A stretch of DNA of 64,000 nt from Spirochaetia bacterium. GTDB lineage: Bacteria; Spirochaetota; Spirochaetia; SZUA-6; Bin103. A program made the position numbers and the translations under genes. Under the pieces are notes generated by a model. It was given only the letters and a program-made list of their open reading frames with translations, was not told where the DNA came from and ran no database searches. The stretch lies in assembly GCA_965198005.1 (NCBI GenBank), contig CBDAOI010000002.1:832001-896000 (forward strand), written 5' to 3'. This document shows positions 1-10,220 of the stretch, in pieces (within the stretch, counting starts at the first letter, position 1; each line of letters opens with the position of its first letter).

Positions 1-363
1 CAGCGCTGCGGCAACCTGGAGATCGTCTACTCCCCCGACCTTGAGGTCCTCACCGAGCACTACGCGCAGGACGACCGGGTGGAGATCACCGGCACCGAGG
101 GGGTGCTCCTGATCAACCGGGGGCACGGCCAGTTGGGGCGTGGGGTGGTGCCGCTGCAGCTCTACCGCGCCGGCGCCTGGACCGACTACCGCGACCTGGA
201 GACCGGCTGGGAGCGCAGCTTCGTGCACGCCACCCGGCACGGGATCGAGGCCCTGCGCCGCGGCGCGCAGGCCCGGCTGGCGGGGCGCGAGGCGCGCGAG
301 ATTCTGCGCTTCGCGCTGGCGGCGCAGCAGGCCGCGGCCACCGGCGCCGCGGTCCGGGTGTAG
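1..363 (+). CDS. Gfo/Idh/MocA-family oxidoreductase, C-terminal part (runs off window start)
   Basis: Open frame from base 1; VEITGTEGVL...F...I..G..A.E.LRFALAAQQAA.TG..V resembles the Gfo/Idh/MocA C-terminus. Confidence 0.6.
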   Translation, partial: QRCGNLEIVYSPDLEVLTEHYAQDDRVEITGTEGVLLINRGHGQLGRGVVPLQLYRAGAWTDYRDLETGWERSFVHATRHGIEALRRGAQARLAGREAREILRFALAAQQAAATGAAVRV

Positions 364-385
364 CGCCGGCCAGGGCGGCGCTACA

Positions 386-1009
386 TCACGGAACGCGGTA
401 TGGAGGAACAGAGATCAGCACGAGGTTGTCGCGCGCCGCCTGAGCTTGACGAATGGGAGCGGTGTCGCCGGTGTCGTGGAAGTGATACACGCGGCGCCAA
501 CTCGCAACCCCCGAGCAGACGTAGGACCAGGACGCGTCCCGCCCCAGATCCGCACCCGGCAGACGAGCTCCTCTTTCGTAGGAACCCTTGGATTCGGACT
601 CGACACGCCCTTCGATCCGCCCATCGTGGCTAGACACAGACGGGTAGAGCCCCGAACCCAAACGTTGCCCTCGTGCGCCCTCCGGGAATCTCGCTTCCTC
701 TCCAGCTACCGCCAGCGTACCTGAGGCCGGCGCGAGCGCGACGCGATAGTATACCTCCTTGAATATCAGCTCCGTCTCGATCGTCTGCGTTCGCTTACGA
801 CCGCCGAATAGCAAAGCGTCCGGCCCATCCTCGCTCGTGACGAATTGTTGGAGTCGCTTGTCGAAGAGCGACCCAAGCATACGGAACAGACTGATAAAGT
901 TGCTCTTACCTACTCCGTTGGGACCGATAAGGACGTTCAGTCCGCGCAACTCGAACTCTTCCAACTCTCTTATGGATTTGTAGTTGCGAACGGTCAATCG
1001 ATCCAACAT
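386..1009 (-). pseudogene. Truncated ABC/SMC-like AAA ATPase (AAA_21 type)
   Basis: MLDRLTVRNYKSI...LNVLIGPNGVGKSN Walker A and YHFHDT motif; stops after DNLVL with no signature or Walker B. Confidence 0.65.
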
Positions 1010-1038
1010 CGGCTTATGGTCAACATGGTTGTCGACCG

Positions 1039-1304
1039 CCGACGGCCACGGCCTCTCCTGCCTGTGTCTGCGCATCGCCGGCGTGGTGCACGACGATGCG
1101 CCGCAGAACTCCGCGGCCGGGGCGCCATGGTGCAGCCAGCGCGACGTCGCCACGGTTACCGAACTGGCGGTAAACGCCCCGCCGGAACTGCGGTTCGACA
1201 TCTTCTATGCCGTGTCGGCCAACCGCTACCGCTGGCTGGACAGCGAGCACACCCGGGCCGTGCTCGGCTTCAGCCCCGCCGACCGGGCCGAGGACCGGTT
1301 GTAA
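1039..1304 (+). pseudogene. NAD-dependent epimerase/dehydratase C-terminal remnant
   Basis: GLSCLCLRI...WCSQRDVA...FDIFYAVSAN.YRWLD.EH.RAVLGF.PAD; Rossmann N-terminus absent. Confidence 0.6.
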
Positions 1305-1367
1305 GCAGACAGCCCGGTGCCGCGTGCGGTACCATACTAGAACACTGCCTTCACAGGAGGTCCCCAA

Positions 1368-3152
1368 ATGAAGAGAGTCCTCGCCATCCTGATCGCCGGC
1401 GCCGCCGCCATGGCCGCGTGGGCGGGTCCCGAGGTGGAGATCGAACCCGAAGCGGCCGAGCCGTCCAGCCCCATCGACCTGCTGCAGCCGGTCGATCACT
1501 CCGCGTGGGAGCGCGGCCGCCACAGCGGCCGGTTCGTCGTGACCAGCACCTCCGATCCCAAGAGCTTCAACCCGGTGGTGGCCAAGGAAACCTCGACCAC
1601 GAACGTCACCGACCGCATGTTCCTCAGCGCAGTGCGGCGCAACCAGCTCACCCTGGAGTGGGAGCCGGACCTGGCCGAGAGCTGGGAGATCTCGGAAGAC
1701 CAGAAGACGATCACGCTCACCCTGCGCAGCGGCCTGACCTGGTCCGACGGCGACCCGATCACCGCGGACGAGGTCGTGTGGAGCGTCAACGAGATCTATA
1801 AGAACGAAGCGGTGGAGACCAGCATCCGCGACGCCCTGTTGATCGGCGGCGAGTACGCCGAGTTCGAGCTGATCGACGAGCTGACCTACCGCATCGTGCT
1901 GCCGTCGGTGTACGCCGGCATCTTCGAGGTCGCCTCGATCGGCCCGATGCCGCGCCACGTCTTCGAGCCGCTGGTCGAGGCGGAGGGCGCCGCCGCGGTC
2001 AACTCGTTCTGGGGGGTCGACGCCGACGTGACCACCATCGTCGGCAACGGTCCGTTCCTGATTGCCGAGTACCTGCCCAGCCAGCGGGTGGTGATGACCC
2101 CCAACCCCCGCTACTACGAGCAGGACGAGTGGGGCCAGCAGCTCCCCTACCTGGACGAGTTCGTGATCGAGTTCGTCGAGGATCTCGACACCGGCCTGGC
2201 CCGCTTCGTCGCCGGCGAGACCGATGCCTGGCCACTGCGCGGCGAGGACTACGGCGTGCTGGTCGACAAGCAGGAAGCGGACGACTTCCTGATCTACAAC
2301 GTCGGCCCCGCCTCCAGCACCCAGTTCATCACCTTCAACCAGAACCCGATTGAGGGCGAGGAAGACGGCGGCATCGAGCCGCCGGCGCTCACCTGGCTGT
2401 CCAACAAGACCTTCCGCCAAGCGATGGCGCACCTGGTCGACCGCCAGACCATCATCAACAACATCGCCTTCGGCTTCGGCTACCCGCAGTACTCGTTCGT
2501 GTGGACCGTCTCTCCCTATTACTGGGAGGGCGCCGCCGACGCCGCCTTCAAGTATGACCCGGAGCGCGCCAAGGAGTTGCTCGACTCGATCGGCTACACC
2601 GACCGCGACGGCGACGGCGTACGCGAGGATCCGGACGGCAACAAGATCGAGCTGACCCTCAACACCAACTCCGGCAACACGGTCCGCGAGCAGATCGGCG
2701 AGCTGTTCAGCCAGGAGGCGAAGGCGGTCGGCGTCGACGTCACCTTCAAACCCGAGGCGTTCAACGAGCTGGTCACCCGGCTGGTCTCCTCGTTCGACTG
2801 GCAGATGATCCTGATCGGCCTGACCGGCTCGGTCGACCCGGTGGGGGGCGCCAACGTCTACCCGTCGCACGGCGGCCTGCACATGATCGAGCCGAGCCAG
2901 GAATCGCCGCGGCGCGACTGGGAGGCGGCGGTCGACGCGGCCTGGGACGAGGCCAACCTCACCGCCGACGAGGAGCAGCGCATCCGCGGCTATCGCAAGC
3001 TGCAGGAGCTCTGGATCGAGGAGGTGCCCTGGGCCTACACCTTCGCCCCGGCGGTGATGCACGCCTATCGCAACACCTTCGGCAACATCAAGCCGCACCC
3101 GCTCAACGCCTACGGCATGCTCGGCTTCGTCGACCGGCTGTACGTGAAGTAG
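1368..3152 (+). CDS. Peptide ABC transporter substrate-binding protein (family 5)
   Basis: Signal peptide; DPKSFNP, PDLAESWEIS.D, WSDG.PITADEV, GNGPF motifs; AGGAGG RBS. Confidence 0.92.
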   Translation: MKRVLAILIAGAAAMAAWAGPEVEIEPEAAEPSSPIDLLQPVDHSAWERGRHSGRFVVTSTSDPKSFNPVVAKETSTTNVTDRMFLSAVRRNQLTLEWEPDLAESWEISEDQKTITLTLRSGLTWSDGDPITADEVVWSVNEIYKNEAVETSIRDALLIGGEYAEFELIDELTYRIVLPSVYAGIFEVASIGPMPRHVFEPLVEAEGAAAVNSFWGVDADVTTIVGNGPFLIAEYLPSQRVVMTPNPRYYEQDEWGQQLPYLDEFVIEFVEDLDTGLARFVAGETDAWPLRGEDYGVLVDKQEADDFLIYNVGPASSTQFITFNQNPIEGEEDGGIEPPALTWLSNKTFRQAMAHLVDRQTIINNIAFGFGYPQYSFVWTVSPYYWEGAADAAFKYDPERAKELLDSIGYTDRDGDGVREDPDGNKIELTLNTNSGNTVREQIGELFSQEAKAVGVDVTFKPEAFNELVTRLVSSFDWQMILIGLTGSVDPVGGANVYPSHGGLHMIEPSQESPRRDWEAAVDAAWDEANLTADEEQRIRGYRKLQELWIEEVPWAYTFAPAVMHAYRNTFGNIKPHPLNAYGMLGFVDRLYVK

Positions 3153-3165
3153 GCGCCCCAAGGCA

Positions 3166-3197
3166 GGAGAGTCCGGGATCGCGTTCCCGGGCTCTCC
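3166..3197 (+). terminator. Stem-loop after the SBP gene (mRNA stabiliser or partial terminator)
   Basis: GGAGAGTCCGGGA-tcgcgt-TCCCGGGCTCTCC inverted repeat with one G-U pair, no U tract. Confidence 0.6.
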
Positions 3198-3206
3198 GCG
3201 TATGGC

Positions 3207-4187
3207 ATGAGCCTGTCGCTGCTGCGACTCGTCGTCCGCCGGCTGCTGAACGCCGTGCCGATCCTGGTCGTGACCCTGGCCATCGCCTTCTGGCTGATCC
3301 AGCTCGCGCCCGGCGACGTCTACACCGCGTACGCGCTCAATCCGGACATCCGCCCCGAGGACCTGGAGCGGTTCCGCGCCAGCTTCGGCCTCGACCAGCC
3401 CTGGCACGTGCAGTTCGGGCGCTACCTGTGGAACGCCGCGCACGGCGACTTCGGCTACTCGCAGACCTTCAAGGCGCCGGTGTTCGTGCTGGTCTCGCAG
3501 CGCGCGGCCAACACGCTGCTGCTGGCGGTGGTGTCGCTGCTGCTGGCGTGGGGGTTCTCGGTGCCGGCCGGGATCATCGCCGCCGCCCGCCAGTACCGCT
3601 GGCAGGACCAGTCGATCGCCGTGCTGGCGTTCTTCGGACTGTCGATTCCCAACTTCTTCCTGGCGTCGCTGCTGCTGTTCCTGATCTCATCCACCGGAAG
3701 CTGGCTGCCGATCGGCGGCATGACCTCGATCGACCACGCCGACCTGAGCGCCCTGGGCAAGACCTGGGATCTGGCCAGGCACCTGGTGGTGCCGGCGCTG
3801 GTGATCTCCACCGCCATCACCGCCGGGCTGACACGCATCATGCGCGCCAACATGCTGGAGGTGCTCGGCCAGCAGTACACCACCACCGCCCGCGCCAAGG
3901 GGCTGGCCGAGCGCGTGGTGCTGCTCAAGCACGGGCTGCGCAACGCGGTCAACCCGATGATCACCATCCTGGGCTTCAACATCGGCGAGATCCTCAGCGG
4001 CGCGGCCCTGGTGGAGATCGTCACCGGCTGGCCGGGCCTGGGCAAGCTGATCCTGTCGGCGCTGCTCAACCAGGACCCCTACCTGGTGTCCGGCAGCCTG
4101 ATCTACGGCGTGGTGCTGCTGATGATCGGCAACCTGCTGGCCGACATCCTGCTGGCGATCACCGATCCCAGGATCCGGGTGACATGA
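3207..4187 (+). CDS. Peptide ABC transporter permease (OppB/DppB)
   Basis: Multiple TM segments; Y.TTARAKGL EAA loop; DPRIR C-terminus. Confidence 0.92.
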   Translation: MSLSLLRLVVRRLLNAVPILVVTLAIAFWLIQLAPGDVYTAYALNPDIRPEDLERFRASFGLDQPWHVQFGRYLWNAAHGDFGYSQTFKAPVFVLVSQRAANTLLLAVVSLLLAWGFSVPAGIIAAARQYRWQDQSIAVLAFFGLSIPNFFLASLLLFLISSTGSWLPIGGMTSIDHADLSALGKTWDLARHLVVPALVISTAITAGLTRIMRANMLEVLGQQYTTTARAKGLAERVVLLKHGLRNAVNPMITILGFNIGEILSGAALVEIVTGWPGLGKLILSALLNQDPYLVSGSLIYGVVLLMIGNLLADILLAITDPRIRVT

Positions 4188-5568
4188 GCTCTGCGCCGGC
4201 GGTGGGCGTGGCGGACGCGGCGCAGGAGCGCACCGAGTCGCTGCCGGAGGTGTACTGGCGGCGGTTCAAGAAGCATCGGCTGGGCCGGATCGGCGGCAGC
4301 GTGCTGATCGCGCTCTACGCGCTGGCCCTGTTCGCCGACCCGCTGGCACCGGCCACCATGCTGTGGACCGACAAGACCAAGTCGTACCAGCCGCCGACGC
4401 GTCTCCGCTTCAGCTACCTCGACGGCGGCCGCCTGGTGGTGCGTCCGTTCGTGTACGAGATGCGAATCGTCAATCAGGCGCTGCGCACGTACGGGCGGGT
4501 ACCGCGCCGCACCCTGCGGGTGGTGTCGCAGGAGCGGGTGGCCGGCCGCGCCGAGCTGCGCGCGGTGGCGCTGCAGGAGGATCCGGCGGCGCGGCGGGCG
4601 GCAGCGCTGGCCGCGGTGCGGCGCCACTACGGGCTGACGGATAGCGACCCGCGGCTCGGCGAGCTGGCGGCGCTGCTGGAGGAAATCGAGCGCGACCCGC
4701 GGCGCGACCTGCACCGGCGCCTGCGGCTGCGCCACCCCGGCGCACGACCCGAGACCCTGGAGCTGATCGTCGCCAAGGGCAACAAGAACTTCCCCGGGCT
4801 GTTCGTGCGCGGCGTCCCGTACCGGTTTCTGGGCCTGTTCACGGCGCGCGTCCACCTGCTGGCCGCGACCACCGGCGGCTTCTTTCCGCTCGGCACCGAC
4901 CACGCGGGGCGCGACCTGGCCTCGCGCCTGCTGCACGGAGCGCGCGTGTCGCTGACCGTGGGTCTGGTCGGGGCCGCGATCACCCTGGTGATGGGGCTGC
5001 TGATCGGCGGCGCCGCCGGCTACTTCGGCGGCGCGGTCGACAATCTGCTGATGCGTTTCACCGAGGTGCTGCTGTCGTTCCCGGCGTTCTACCTGCTGCT
5101 GGCGCTGCGCGGCACCTTTCCGCCCACCCTCAACAGCGTCCAGGTGTACTTCCTGATCATCCTGATCGTCTCGTTCGTGATCTGGGGCAGCTTGGCCCGC
5201 ATCGTGCGCGGCATGGTGCTCTCCCTGCGCACCGAGGAATACGTCCTGGCCGCGCGCGCGCTCGGCCTCGGTCCGTTCAAGATCATCCGCCGCCACGTGC
5301 TGCCCAACACGCTGTCGTACGTGATCGTGCACATCACCCTGACCATCCCCGGCTTCATCCTCGGCGAATCGGCCCTGAGCTTCCTCGGGCTGGGCATCAC
5401 CGAGCCGCAGTCGAGCTGGGGGCTGATGCTGTCGGCGTCGCGCAGCTATCGGGTGTTCCAGGACTTCCCCTGGATCCTGGTGCCCGGCGTCTGCATCTTC
5501 CTCGCGATCATGGCGTGGAACTTCGTCGGCGACGGCATCCGCGACGCGGTCGACCCCCGGAGCCGGCA

Positions 5569-5572
<4 letters not shown>
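4184..5572 (+). CDS. Peptide ABC transporter permease (OppC/DppC) with a large extracytoplasmic insertion
   Basis: ATGA overlap with the previous gene; LGTD..GRD..SRLL.GARVSL, EYV.AARALG, GDGIRDA.DPR. Confidence 0.9.
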
Positions 5573-6640
<1,068 letters not shown>

Positions 6641-6648
<8 letters not shown>

Positions 6649-7898
6649 ACCGGACCGGGCGACGTTGCCGCAGGCCGAGCCAACGGCCGCGCCGCTGCTC
6701 GACGTGCGCGGGCTGCACACCCGGTTCCCGGTGCGCGCAGGCACGTTCAGCACCCGCAAGGTGATGCTGCGCGCGGTCGACGGCGTCTCGTTCCGGCTCT
6801 ACCGCGGCGAAACCCTGGGGCTGGTGGGAGAGTCGGGCTGCGGCAAGACCACGGTGGGGCGTTCCATCCTGCGCCTCTATCAGCCGCAGGCCGGGCGCGT
6901 CTACCTCGACCCCGACCCCGCGCTGGTAACCGAGGTGACGGCGCTGGACGCGGAGGCGGACGCGGCGCGCGCGCGCGCGATGGAGTTGCGCGCCGCCGGC
7001 GCCAACGGCACCGACCGTGCCGACCGTGCCGACCGTGCCGACCGTGCCCGGCGGCGGCGACTCGGGCGGCATCCGCGAGTTGCGGCGCACCGAACGCCGC
7101 CTGCGGGCCGCGGCCGACCGGCGCGCCGCCGCCTGCGACGTCCTGACCATGCCGCGCGCGCGGCTCCGGCAGGCGCGCCGCCGGCTGCAGATCGTGTTCC
7201 AGGATCCGTGGGCGTCACTCAACCCGCGCCTGCTGGTGCACGATCTGATCGCCGAGGGGCCGCGCGAGTACGCCACCCACACCGGGGCGGAGCTGGCCGG
7301 CCACGTGCGTGGCCTGCTGGACCGGGTCGGCCTGCCGCGGTCCGCCGCGCAGCGCTACCCGCACGAGTTCTCCGGCGGCCAGCGGCAGCGCATCGGCATC
7401 GCCCGCGCACTCGCCCTGACCCCGTCGATCGTGATCGCCGACGAACCGGTTTCGGCGCTCGACGTGTCGGTGCAGGCGCAGATCCTCAATCTGCTGATCG
7501 AGCTGCAGGAGGAACTCGGCCTGACCTACCTGTTCATCGCCCACGACCTGGCGGTGGTGCGCTACATCGCCCACCGGGTGGCGGTGATGTACCTCGGCAA
7601 GCTGGTGGAGCTGGGCAGTGCCGAAGAGATCACCGAACGGCCGCGCCACCCCTACACCATCTCGCTGATGCAGTCGGTGCCGGTGGCCGATCCCGCGGTG
7701 CGGCTGGCCGGCCCCGGCGCCCGGCCCGCGATCCAGGGCGACGTCCCGTCCCCGGTCAACCCGCCGGCCGGCTGCCCGTTTCACCCGCGCTGCGCCTACG
7801 CCATCGACCTCTGCCGCCGGCGCATGCCGGAGCTGGAGACGGACGCCGCCGGCCGCGCGCTGGCCTGCCACAATCCGCCGCCGCCCGGTGCGGCGTAG
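6641..7898 (+). pseudogene. Peptide ABC transporter ATPase (OppF/DppF), frameshifted near 7047-7049
   Basis: Walker A GESGCGKT in the frame of 6641; [20 protein letters not shown] in the frame of 7017; removing one C from CCC at 7047-7049 joins them. Confidence 0.8.
7011..7046 (+). repeat. 9-bp tandem repeat (CCGACCGTG)x4
   Basis: Read directly; encodes DRADRADRA within the OppF insertion. Confidence 0.95.
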
Positions 7899-7948
7899 CC
7901 GGGCGGGAACGACTTGCCACGAGTCGTGATCGGCGCTTAAGGTCCGTT

Positions 7949-8167
7949 CTCGATCGGGAGCTTGAACGACGGCTGCGTGAGGTGGCAAAACGACGTGACA
8001 CGTCGTTGAACAAGGCGGCCGTGTTCCTCATGCGCAGGGGGGCCGGGCTCAGGGCACCCGACGATCAGCCGCCGGCCATCGGCAACGCCCTGAGCGAGTT
8101 TCGCGGCACGTGGTCCGAGACGGACGAGCGCCGTGTGCTCGAGGCCGTGGCCGATCTCGACCGGATT
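7949..8167 (+). pseudogene. Antitoxin remnant (RHH/FitA-like), start and toxin partner missing
   Basis: [33 protein letters not shown]...[14 protein letters not shown] resembles antitoxins usually paired with PIN toxins. Confidence 0.5.
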
Positions 8168-8990
8168 AGTCGCGGGGTTCCGGCGCGGCGGCCGGCGCGG
8201 CGCGGGCCGCGTGCAGCAGCTCGATCAGTGCCGGGCGCGCTTGGTCGGCGCCGGTGAGCGGCGCGGGGAACGCGAGCCGGGCCAGGCGCGGGCCGGAGGG
8301 GGTGTCCACGCGCAGGGTGAAGCCGTAGCGGTCGACGCCGACCATGCGGGCGGCGGTGGCGTCATCGAGGTGGGCCAACCCCTGGGCGTAGCTCAGGTTG
8401 GCATCGGCGTGGTCGTCGTTCACGTGGGCGACGATGGCGCCGGCCGCGGCGGCCAGCGGGTCGGCGCCGGCGGCGCGGTAGTCGGCGCCGGTCACCCAGC
8501 TCATGTGGCCGAAGCCGCCCACGAACCGGCACTGCTCCACCTCCAGCCGCCAGAACCCGAAGTCGGTGAAGTCCGCATAGTACGCCGCGTACGGGTGGCG
8601 TTCCACGTAGGCGGTGCGGTGCGCCGCGCGCGCCGCCGGGTCCGTTATCGGGCGCAGGCGGCCGACCAGGGTCGCGCGCGCGGTGCTGAGCGGGTCGGTG
8701 CCGGGCGCGGTGGCCGCGGTAACCAGGAGACTGGCGCGGGCGTCGGCGCGGGCATTGACGGTGTGCTCGGCCAGCTCCGAGATCAGCAGCACCGGCGCCC
8801 CGTCGGCGGCCGCGGCGTGCGACACCACGCTGCCGTAGGGGTAGCCCTGTGCGGTCAGGGTGCTGAGCGCCGCGCGGCCCTCGGTGGCCACCAGCGTGCG
8901 CGCCAACTCGGCGTCGGGCGGAAACGACCCGGGGTCGCCCGCGATCGGCGGCGGCGGCCGCCCGCCGCCATGTTCCTTGGGTCGCGTCAT
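8166..8990 (-). CDS. HugZ-like pyridoxamine 5'-phosphate oxidase family protein with a DUF2470-like C-terminus
   Basis: [52 protein letters not shown] and TGGTACACT extended -10. Confidence 0.85.
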   Translation of the reverse strand: MTRPKEHGGGRPPPPIAGDPGSFPPDAELARTLVATEGRAALSTLTAQGYPYGSVVSHAAAADGAPVLLISELAEHTVNARADARASLLVTAATAPGTDPLSTARATLVGRLRPITDPAARAAHRTAYVERHPYAAYYADFTDFGFWRLEVEQCRFVGGFGHMSWVTGADYRAAGADPLAAAAGAIVAHVNDDHADANLSYAQGLAHLDDATAARMVGVDRYGFTLRVDTPSGPRLARLAFPAPLTGADQARPALIELLHAARAAPAAAPEPRD

Positions 8991-9240
8991 CGGTGCCTCC
9001 GGCAGTGTACCATACCAGGGCCGCCACAACGACCTCTTGGCTGGGGATTCGACCGCGGGGTCGAGATGATCACTCCCTCCCGAACGGTTGATCTATGCGC
9101 CTACTCACCAGGGTGATCGTCAGCGACGCTATCGTTCTCGCTGGCGGAGAGCCGGGGAAACCGGCGTGGCCGCCGGGGGACGGCTCACAGTGACGCCAGC
9201 CGGTATTCGCCGGTCTGCTCCGCGTGCCGGTGCGCACCGT

Positions 9241-9335
9241 CGACCTTTGAGGACCTCCGCAGCGATATTGCGTTCAGCCATGCTTGATCTCCTCTACGAC
9301 CTTGCGCCACACGGCCCGTTCGGGGTTTGACTCGA
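9241..9335 (-). pseudogene. About 90-bp remnant of a RelE/HigB toxin-HTH antitoxin gene junction
   Basis: ERAVWRKVVEEIKHG* overlaps ATG 9281 MAERNIAAEVLKG, with a GAGGAG RBS; both homologies end abruptly. Confidence 0.45.
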
Positions 9336-9367
9336 CCTGATTCGCCCAGCCATCTGCGATCCGACGG

Positions 9368-9719
9368 ATGGCTGACCACTCCCTTGCGACTCAGATCGGC
9401 AACCGGGTGACCCTGACCGGGCACTTCGACGTGCCGGTGGTCCTGGAGGATGTACGGCCCCTGGGCGCGAACGGGTCGGCCGGATACGAGTGCCGCGTCC
9501 GCTTGCCGGACGGCGCGCTTGAAGAGGCGGTCATCTCTCCCGACGAAGCTCTGGCGATTCTCGGCACGGAAGAGAAGGCCGCGGCGAGACCCGCAGACGC
9601 GGAGCGCGTGCGTCTGCTGATAGAGTCCGCCCGTATCCGTCTGGCCTACGCCTACGACCGCCAGTTCGCGGTCAGCCTTTCCGGAATCCGCACGCTGCCG
9701 CACCAGATCGAAGCGGTCT
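9368..9719 (+). pseudogene. N-terminal 117 codons of an SNF2-DUF3883 helicase (paralog of 57026..60571)
   Basis: 13 substitutions in 117 aa versus the intact copy by manual count; homology stops at HQIEAV. Confidence 0.92.
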
Positions 9720-9843
9720 TTCTGCGCGTCGATTACGGAGACGCCATGCTGGTCGAGGTCGTAGTCCATGGCATGCGCCACCGCATACACGATCAGGTAA
9801 TCGGCTTGCCCTTCGACAATCAGCCAGCGCTCCGCGAAAAAGA
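9720..9843 (-). pseudogene. Inverted fragment of the OLD nuclease TOPRIM domain
   Basis: Minus strand reads FFAERWLIVEGQADYLIVYAVAHAMDYDLDQHGVSVIDAQ, matching about 63080-63203 on the plus strand. Confidence 0.92.
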
Positions 9844-10220
9844 ACAACGGTAACCCGGCTACCTTCGCAGCATTGGCGCGGGCGCTGGACATTCCCTGGC
9901 TGGCAGTGTTCGATGGCGACACCGTGGGGCAAGGATTCGTTCAAGCCATCGAAAACCGAGGATTCGATGCAGCCGAATCAATGGAACGCTGTCGCACCCA
10001 TCCGGACGGCGATCTGGAGACGCAGCTCGTCGCCGACGGACTTGGAGCGGAGTTGCGTGAGACTTTGGCGGCGGTCGGTATTCAGCATGCGCGTTTGCGG
10101 GACAATAAGACTACCTATGCAGCGGCGTTCGCGGCACGGATTCGTGGCGACACCGAATTGGCGCAACGCACGCCGGAGGCGTTCCGAGCTGCCGTCAAAC
10201 AACTGCGGGGATTGGTGTGA
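9841..10220 (+). pseudogene. C-terminal remnant of the OLD nuclease (paralog of 61693..63609)
   Basis: NNGNPATFAALARALDIPWLAVFDGD...EAFRAAVKQLRGLV; also lacks about 10 aa present in the intact copy. Confidence 0.92.

Noticed and set aside
1020-3443. 807-aa minus-strand ORF and similar long antisense ORFs (24701-26920, 29801-32470, 16973-19030, 19179-20900)
   Set aside because: Shadow frames opposite well-identified genes; expected in high-GC DNA and with no recognisable motifs
9720-9843. Programmed invertible switch (invertase-controlled)
   Set aside because: Only 4-5 bp inverted microhomology, no recombinase nearby, and reinversion would not restore a gene because several kb are deleted
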